Origin: the human T2T-CHM13v2.0 reference genome, Homo sapiens
Reading direction: 5' to 3' (one strand)
Assembly: GCF_009914755.1 (NCBI RefSeq)
Contig: NC_060947.1
DNA: 64,000 nucleotides
Part shown: positions 51,368 through 64,000 of the stretch, piece after piece
How positions within the stretch are numbered: position 1 is the stretch's first letter
Layout: each line of letters begins with the position of its first letter
Made by a program: the position numbers and the translations under genes
The notes under the pieces: model-generated
What the model saw: only the letters and a program-made list of their open reading frames with translations
What the model was told of the DNA's origin: nothing
The model's database searches: none

Positions 51368-51881
51368 TATTAGTTATCTATTGCTGTATAACAAATTATC
51401 CCAAGACTTAGCAGCAGCTTAAAATAACTCATATTTATTATTTTACATAGTTTCTGTGGGTCAGGAATCCAGGCATTGGCTAGCTGAGTGTGTCTGGCTC
51501 AGTGTCTTTCATGAAGGCCGCAATCTTATCTGAAGGCTTGACTGAGGCTGAAGGATTCACTTCTAGGCTCACTCACATGGCTACTGGTGAGTCTCAGAAG
51601 ATCTGCTTCCAAGCTCACCTATGAGGGCCTCTTCACAAGGGTGCCTCCTGACATGGCAGCTGGCTTCCCCCAAGGCAAGTGATCCAAGATAGAGTAAGCA
51701 AGGGCACACCCAAGATTTTATAATATGATCTTGGAAGTGATATCTTGTCACTTCTGCCTTATTTTATTCATTAGAAGCAAGCCCCTAGGGCCAGTCTACA
51801 TGCAAGAGGAGATTAAACAAGGGTGTGAATAGCAAGAGGCAGAGATGTTTAGAGTCTATATTAGAAAGGAGCATACCATAC
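51368..51881 (-). mobile_element. MLT1 LTR
   Basis: attagttatctattgctgtataacaaattatcccaagacttag ... catacca. Confidence 0.8.
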
Positions 51882-52554
51882 TATATTAGAGAAAAAACTC
51901 AAGGAAGAATTTTAAATAATTGAAAACTGAATCAGCAGAGAGATCTCCAAGCAGGTAGTCAATCACTCTTGTGAACACACACACACATCCATATATATTA
52001 ATTACACACACATATATATATTCAATGTATATATGTGTAATTAAATTGTAAGGAAGAAAATGTGATTGTGAATCTGAAATAAAAACTGTTACATAAGGAC
52101 TCTTGAAACAGAAGAAACATGCCATAAGTAAAATATAAATAGCTGGGAATTAACATTTTAAAATAATATTTGAAATATTCAGAACTAAAATTGTTTAACT
52201 TGCCGAGAAAAAATGGGAATGAGGAGGCATCTGTCTGTGCAGGTGGAGTTACAAGTTTATAGAAACATGACAGCCTTAGTTGTGCTTATTAAGAATGGAA
52301 CATATCCACTTGAACAATTTACAGAATTAAAAATTGCTGAATGAACAAGGTGGGTGGAAGAAGAACATGAACAGAAACTTGATTAAGCCAGTAAAAGAAA
52401 AAGAAAGAGAAAAACAAAGAAAAATAAATGGTAACAATAAAATCAAAGGCATAAAATTAGTTATTTCATCATTACATTCCATCTAATAGGCTGAGTTATT
52501 CTATGAGAAGATACAGATATGAAATCAGGATAATAAAATCAAGTACAATAATAT

Positions 52555-53940
52555 TTATTTAATTTATTATTGTTTAAAACTTTTATTTAAAATTCAGGGG
52601 TACATTTGCAGGTTTGTTACATAGGTAAACTTGTGTCATGGGGGTTTGTTGTACAGATTATTTCATCACTCAGTTATTAAGCCTAGTACCCATTAGTTAT
52701 TTTTCCTGATCGTCTCCCTCCTCCCACTCTCCACCCTCCAAAAGGCCCCAGTGTATGTTGTTCCCCTCTATGAGCCCATGTGTTCTCATCATTTAGCTCC
52801 CACATAAGTGAGAATATGCAGTATTTGGCTTTCTGTTCCTATGTTAGTTTGCTAAGGATAATGGCCTCCAGCTCTATCCATGTCCCTGCAACAGACATGA
52901 TCTCATTCTTTTTCATAGCTGCATAGTATTCCATGGTGTATGCGTACCACATTTTTTTTATGCAGCCTATCACTGATGGGCATTTGGGTTGATTCCATGT
53001 CTTTGTTATTGTGAATAGTGCTGCAATGAACATATGCATGCATGTGTCTTTATAATAGAATGATTTATATTCATTTGGGCACATACTCAGTAATAGGATT
53101 ACTGGGTAAAATGGGAGTTCTGTCTTTAGGTCTCTGAGGAATTGCCACACTGTCTTCCACAATGGTTGAACTAATTTGCATTCCCACCAACAGCGTATAA
53201 GCGTTCCTTTTTCACCACAACCTTGTCAACATCTGTTATTTTTTGACTTTTTAGTGATAGCCATTCTGACTGGTGTGAGATAGTATCTCATAGTGGTTTT
53301 GATTTGCATTTCTCTAATGATCAGTGATACTGAGCTTTTTTTATATATGATTGTTGGCCACATGTATGTCTTCTTTTGAGAAGTGTCTGTTCATGTCCTT
53401 TGCCCACTTTTTAATGGGGTTGTTTTTCTCTTGTAAATTTGTTTCAGTTCCTTATAGATGCTGGATATTAGACCTTTGTCAGATACATAGTTTGCAAAAA
53501 TTTTCTCCCATTCTGTAGGTTGTCTGTTTACTCTGTTGATAGTTTCTTTTGCTTTTACAATAGCCACAAAACCCCCCAAATATCTAGGAATACATCTAAC
53601 TATGGAGGTGAAAGATCTCTACAAGAAGTACAAGACACTGATGAAAGAAATATTAGATGACACAAACAAATGGAAAAACATTCCATGCTCATGGATTGGA
53701 AGAATCAATATCATTAAAATGGCCACACTATCAAAAACAATCTACAGATTCAAATGTGTTCCTATCAAACTACCAATGTCATTTTTCACAGAATTAGAAA
53801 AAAACTATTCTAAACTTTATACAGAACCAAAAAAGAGCCCAAATAGCCAAAGCAATGTTAAGCAAAAGGGACAAAGCTGGAGGCATTACATTACCTGACT
53901 TCAAACTAAACTATAAGGCTACAGTAATCAAAACAGCCTG
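52555..53940 (-). mobile_element. 5'-inverted L1PB/old L1PA: 3' end on minus (52555-53551), ORF2 fragment on plus (53552-53940)
   Basis: Minus ORFs [22 protein letters not shown] and MFIAALFTITKTWNQPKCP; plus [36 protein letters not shown]. Confidence 0.9.
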
Positions 53941-57890
<3,950 letters not shown>

Positions 57891-57907
57891 AAAAATTTCC
57901 TTTGACA

Positions 57908-60900
57908 AGGTGGCCAACTAGAAGGAGCTAGTGTGCAGGGCTCCCACTGAGAGGAACGGAAGGGATGAGTAAATACAGCACCTTCAACTGAAACATCCAG
58001 GTACATGCATTGGGACTAATCAAGGAAACAACTTGACCCACGGAGAACGGAGAAAAGCAAGCCCACCCAGGAGCGACACAGAGCCAGGGCAACCTCCCCT
58101 GCCCAGGTAAGCCATGAGTGAATGTGCAACCTTCTGGTCAGGAGATCCCCTTGTGAACCCACTCCACCAGGGCCTTCACTCTGACACACAGAGCTATTTG
58201 GATTCTCAGCAGAGCAGCCACTCAGGCACATGCAGAGACCTGGAAGCCATAGATACTTGGGCTTTCTGGGCTTCCTGGCAAAAGCAGGAGGTTAGACCCC
58301 CATAAATACCCCTAGGAAAGAGGCTGAATCCAGGGGGTTGAGCAGTGACAGTTCACAGGCCCCACCTCAGGGTACCTCATAGAATAAGACCCACTGGCTT
58401 AGAATTCCAGCCAGCCACCAGTAGCAGTAGGGGACAGAGCTCCTAGGGGGAGGGGCAGGCTACCATCTTTGCTTTTCAGGTACCTTAGCCATTCCAGCCT
58501 TCCAACTTTGGAGGCTCCAAGCTGACTGGGGTGGAAGAGATCCCCCAGAACAGTACAGCTGCTCTATGAAAATGTGGCCAGACTGCTTTTTTAAGCTGGT
58601 CCACAATCCCATTTTTCCTCATTGGGCAGGATCTCCCAACCGGGGCCTCCAGTCACCCTGCCCCCCTCCCAGTCCCCCCCACCCCCACCTGCCCGGTGTT
58701 CTCCAGTGGACAGAAATTTGAAAACTCCCTGGGATGGAGCTCCCAGAGGGAGGGATTGGCCACCATCTTTGCTGTTTGGGTGACTTAGCTGTTCCAGCCT
58801 TCGGGTTTTGGGGTGTCTGAGGCAACCAGGTGCTGAAGTGGACCCCTAGCACAGCACAGCTGCTCTACAAAAACATGGCCAGCTTGTTTTTTTAAGTGGG
58901 TCCCAAATCCTGTTCCTCCTCACTGAGTGGGATCTGCCAATCAGGGTCTCCAGCCACCTCCTACAGGTGCATTCGGGCTGGCAGCAGGTTGGTACCTCCC
59001 TGAGACAGACCTCCCAGACAGAGGGGCAGGCCACCATCTTTGCTGTTTTGCAGCCTTCACTGATGATACTTCCAGATACTGGAAAATCTGAGGCGACAAG
59101 GCACTGGAGCGGGCCCCCGGAAAACTGCAGCAGCCCTGTGAAAAAGTGGCCAGATTGTTATGAGGGTGCCCGTTCCCGTATCTCCTCACCAGGCAGATCC
59201 TCTAGGCCTGGGCTTCCAGCCACTTCCTGCCAGAGCTATCGAGCCAGTAGCAGCTGTGCAACTCCCTGGACAGAGCCTCCAGGCGCAACTGAAAGCTTCT
59301 CTGCCACTGCCTCTGCAGTGGAACTGCCCTTGCTAACCTTGGACTAATGAAGGAGCGGAGACCCTCAACATTGGACCAAATGGATCTGATAGACCTCTAC
59401 AGAACTCTCCACCCCAGAACAACAGCATACACATTCTTCTCATCACCACGTGGCACATACTCTATAACTGACCACATAATTGGACATAAAACAATTCTCA
59501 ACAAATGCAAAAGAACCAAAATAATACCAAACACACTCTCAGACCACAGTGAAATAAAAATAGAATCAAAACTAAGAAAATCACTCAAAACCATGCAACT
59601 AAATGGAAATTAAACAACATGCTCCTGAGTGACTTTTGGGTAAATAATGAAATTAAGGCAGAAATCAGGAAGTTCTTTGAAACTAATTAGAACAAAGATA
59701 CAACATACCAGAATCTCTGGGACACAGCTAAGGCAATGTTAAGAGGGAAATTCATAGCACTAAATGCCCACATCAAAAAGTTAGAAAGATCTTAAATTAA
59801 CAATCTATCATTACAACTGAAAGAATTAGAGAAGCAATAACAAATCAATCCCCAAACTAGCAGAATACAAGAAATAACTGGCTAGCCATATGCGGAAGAT
59901 TGAAACTGGACCCCTTCCTTACATCATATAAAAAAATTAACTCAAGATGGATTAAAGACTTAAATGTAAACCCTAAACTATAAAAACCCCAGAAGAAAAC
60001 CTAGGCAATACCATTCAGGACATAGGCATGGGCAAAGATTTCGTGATAAAGACACCAGAAACAATTGCAACAAAAGCAAAAATTGACAAATGGGATCAAA
60101 TTTAACTAAAGAGCTTCTGCACAGCAAAATAAACTATCAACAGAGTAAACAGACAACCTACAGAATGGGAGAAAATTTAAAGAAATGTAAAGAAATGTAA
60201 AGAAATTTAAAGAAATGTAAAGAAATTTACAGTAGAAAAACAAACAACCCCATTAAAAAGTAGGCAAAGGACATGAACAGACACTTTTCAAAAGAAGACA
60301 TACATGAAGCCAACAAGCATATGGAAAAAGCTCAGTATCTCTGATCATTAGAGAAACGCAAATCAAAACCACGACGAGATACCATCTCACATCAGTCAGA
60401 ATGACTATTATTGAAAAGTAAAAAATAACAGATGCTGGTGAAGTTGCAGAGAAAAGGGAATGCTTGCTTATACACTGTTGGTGGGAGTGTAAATTAGTTC
60501 AACCGTTGTGGAAAACAGCATGGTGATTCCTCAAAGAGCAAAAAGAGGAACTCCCATTCGACCCAGCAATCCCATTACTGGGTACATACCCAAAGGAATA
60601 TAAATAATTCTACCATAAAGATACATGCACGTGAATGTTCATTGCAGCACTATTCACAATAGCAAAGACATGGAATCAACCTAAATTCCCATCAATGGTA
60701 GACTGGATAAAGAAAAGGTGGTACATATACACCATGGAAAACCATGCAGCCATAAACAAGAATGAGATCATGTCTTTTGCAGGAACGTGGAGGGAGCTGC
60801 AGACCATTATCCTTAGCAAACTAACACAGGAACAGAAAACCAAATACCGCATGTCCTCATTTATAAGTGGGAGCTAAATGTTGAGAACGTATGAACACAA

Positions 60901-61100
60901 AGAAGAAAACAATACACACTGGGGTCTACTTGAGGGTGTAGGGTGAGAGGGGGGAGAGGAGCAGAAAAGATAACTGTTGGGTACTGGGCTTAATACCTGG
61001 GTGATGAAATAATCTGAACAACAAACCCCTGTTACATGAGTTTACCTATGTAACAAACCTTCACATGTAGCTGTGAACCCAAAATAAAACTTAAAAAAAA
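57908..61100 (+). mobile_element. Internally deleted L1 (old L1PA/L1PB): 5'UTR + EN fragment + 3' end, no ORF1
   Basis: 5'UTR start ggtggccaactagaaggagctag with repeated ggccaccatctttgctgttt units; LDQMDLIDLYRTLHP..YTFFSSPRGTYS..DHIIGHK; 3'UTR and polyA; TSD aaaaatttcctttgaca 57891-57907 / aaaaaattcctctgata 61095-61111. Confidence 0.9.
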
Positions 61101-63319
61101 TTCCTCTGATATTTATCATAGGTTAATCCTGCTGGCAATGAATTGTGTCAGTTTATGTTTTCCTGAAAAAAATCTTTATTTCTCCTTCCATTGGATATTT
61201 CCACTGGAAAATTCTAAATTAACATTTTTCTTCAAACAATTTAAAGGTGTCACCTTATTGGTTTTTAGCTGTGTGGTCCTCACAAGAAGCCTGCTGTAAT
61301 TCTTATCTTTGTTTTCCCATAGTAAGGTGTTTTTTCCTTCTCATTGCCTTCAAGGTTTTCTCATTGTCTGGTTTTCAGCAGTTCAAATATTATATATCTA
61401 GGTGTGGGTTTGTTTGTTTGTCCTGCTTGGTGTTCTCTGAGCTTCTTGGGTCTGTGGTTTGGCGTCTGCTACTACTTTTGAAAATATTATGGCCATTATG
61501 TTCTTCCAAATTTTCTTCAGCTCCATTCTGTCTTTCTTTTCCTCTGGAATTAAAATTACACATATATTGCATCATTTGATGTTGACTTATAGCTCTTGGA
61601 CTCTCTGTTCTGTTTTCTTCATACACTTTTCTCTTTGTGTTTCAATTTGGATAATTTCTATTGTCCTATCTTCAAGTTCACTGATTTCTTTCCTTGACTG
61701 TGTCAAGTCTACTGATGAACTCATTGAAGGCATTCTTTATTTCTGTTATGCTCTTTTTATTTATTGTATTTCACTGGATTCTTTCTTATGGGGCTTCTGG
61801 AGGAAAAGCCTGCAAAAGGGTAGAAACCCCACCACGTTTGTAGCACCTCCCCCAGGAACTTCACAACCTTACACTAGCCCACACTTGGCCCTTAGCAATT
61901 CATTGAAAGTTCTAGTTAAATTTCCTACTAGTTTATACGGCATTCAGTTGGCATCTGCCCCAAGTAAGCAAATGTTTGTGTTCTGTTTTCCCCTGAAGGT
62001 GCCTGTCTCTCTCAAGATTTTATAATACAATAGTTGCTTGTCCCATGACTTCAGTCTTCTGATGGTTTCTAATGGGTTATTAATTTCCAACTTATCCAGT
62101 TTTTTCTTGTTGTAAGAATGGCAGTAATGTCTTTTCAGCTTTATATGACTCCAAGCTGAAACTGGAAGTCCTATAAAATTTTTTTGAAATTTATTACTGC
62201 CCCACAAATCCCTTTTATCCCCCCATGCCTCAAGTCATCTCAATACTCCTTAGGTGCTAAACCTTTGAAACCTTGGATATCTTCCATGCAGTAGCACTAA
62301 CTCCTACACTGAAAGCCGCTGTTACTTTGGGAGCTCACCCCTAGCACCACACCTTCTGAAGCTGTGGTTTTGCACATACTTAGGAACATTGACACCACAC
62401 TTGGCCAACAGTCAGTATGGTACAGATAGTCTGTGTTTGGTCTCCATAAGTGGTGTTTGTGGGCAGGGAACATGGTAGAGTTTATGGGAGCTCCCCCATG
62501 GGGGCTGCCTTCTTGGAAAAGTATCCATTACATACAGAGAAGGAAGCTGCCTTGCTTGTTTTAACAAAGGGTTCAGGGATTAGAGGTGTTGGCCTTCTCT
62601 AGGCAGGATTCCTGGAGTAGGAGTGTTTAGATTTGAGCTATAGGGATCTGTGGTATTTATAGAAGCTTAAGTGTCCCCTCAGTTTATGGCATGGGGCAAG
62701 GCAGATAAATGATCTCCTAAGAGATACAACTGTGGGACAAAGGTAAAAATTCGGGATAGAGCCATCCTCTTCTGAATGATATCACTGGAGAGAATGGGGA
62801 AGTCAGAGAGGTACTGTAAACTACTGGGAAATACCACTGGAGAAGATGGGGGAGATGTCAGGGTGATATATATCCCTCTGGGTAAATAATCCTTGTGGTT
62901 ATGAGTGAGTTCAGGGTAATACAGTCCCCATGTGGGTGTTACCACTGGGGGAGAGAGGGGAGAAGTCAAGATGGTAAAGTTCCACCCCTGAGTGCTACCA
63001 CAGGGAGATGGAAGGAGAAATCAAGGTGAAGGAGAAGCAAACGACCTCTGAGAATCTTAGGGACATGTCCACTATTCATCAAGCATTGACTGATTGCATG
63101 CATTGTTCTAAATGCTTTACATCTATTAACTAATTTATTTCTCTGAGATATCTGTACTTTAAGGCACAGCTAATCTGGGCTAGAAAGGAATATGCCCAAG
63201 TTTTTTTCTAATACTTGTATATTATTTCATTTTTACATTTAAATCTCTGATCCATATGGAGTTTGTTCTCGTGTATGGTGTGAGATGTGTATCCAATTTA
63301 ATCTGTTTCTAAATGGCCA

Positions 63320-63765
63320 TGTCTAGTGGGTTGCTGTCTCCCTAAAAGATGTGTCCCCAGAACCTGGGAAAAGGATCTTTGCAAATATAATGAACTTAAG
63401 GATCTTGAGATGAGATCATCCTGGCTTAAGCCAGTGGGCCCTAAATCCAATAACAAGTGTTCTTATAACAGACAGAAGAGGAAAAAGAAACAGAGAGGGT
63501 GATGTAAAGACAGAGGCAGAGATTGGAGTGCTGCGTCTACAAATCAAGGAATGGCAAAGATCACTGGAGCTACCAGAAGCTAGGAGAGGCATGTAATAGG
63601 AGAGAGGCATAGAATAGATTCTCCCCCAGAGCCTCTAAAAGGAATCAGCTCTGATGACATCTTGATTTTTTGCTTCTAGCCTCCAGAGCTGTGAGAAAAT
63701 AAATTTCTGTTGTTTTAAGCCACCCAGTTTGTGGTAATTTGTTACTGCAATCCTAGGAAACAACA
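63320..63765 (+). mobile_element. MLT1B/C-like LTR inserted into a minus-strand L1M (~63200-64000)
   Basis: ggatcttgagatgagatcatcctgg...gggccctaaatccaa...ttttaagccacccagtttgtggtaatttgttac. Confidence 0.85.
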
Positions 63766-64000
63766 TCATTTATGTGAAAGTTCATCTTTGCCTCTTATGA
63801 TTTGAGATGCCATTTCAATCATATACAAAAATTTATTCTGTATTTGGATCTATTTCTGGACCTTTTACTCTATTTCACTGGCTTGTGTACTCATGTGACA
63901 TTACCACATAGTTTTAATTATAGAGGCTTTATAGTATGTTTTAATACCTGGTGGGGTTAATCACCATCATTACATTTTTTGGGGGGTGGCTTATAGTTAT

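Noticed and set aside
58430-59060. Three repeated ggccaccatctttgctgttt blocks
   Set aside because: Consistent with repeated units in old L1 5'UTRs
61459-62025. 188-aa hydrophobic ORF
   Set aside because: Antisense reading of T-rich L1M ORF1-region sequence
62200-63050. Possible ERV internal or coding remnant
   Set aside because: No diagnostic motif could be read with confidence

Overview
Primate (most likely human) genomic DNA, repeat-dense, with no intact protein-coding gene, RNA gene or CRISPR array. Most ORFs in the track are chance readings of Alu, L1 or LTR sequence. Three pseudogenes are recognisable. (1) A full-length processed copy of spermine synthase SMS (minus strand, ~6884-9081, exact 16-bp TSD). 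(2) An intron-containing paralog of CXXC1/CFP1 (plus strand, ~12150-15845) with no recognisable PHD or CXXC exons; its C-terminal ~311 spliced codons stay in frame with only one premature stop. (3) A decayed C2H2 zinc-finger exon of KRAB-ZNF type (~32601-34200). From memory this combination suggests human Xp11.23 (CXXC1P1 region), which I have not verified. The rest is Alu, L1PA/L1PB/L1M, ERV1/ERVL/MaLR LTRs, MER30, MER5A and MIR. The most notable structures are two apparent L1 3' transductions, a 5'-inverted L1 with a ~4-kb internal gap, an L1 with three microhomology-bounded internal deletions, and a four-monomer Alu facing an inverted three-monomer Alu. I see no convincing new biological system. 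The best lead is the CXXC1 paralog as a recently inactivated gene encoding only the SET1-interacting half. Repeat subfamily names are from recall, and boundaries without a stated TSD are approximate.
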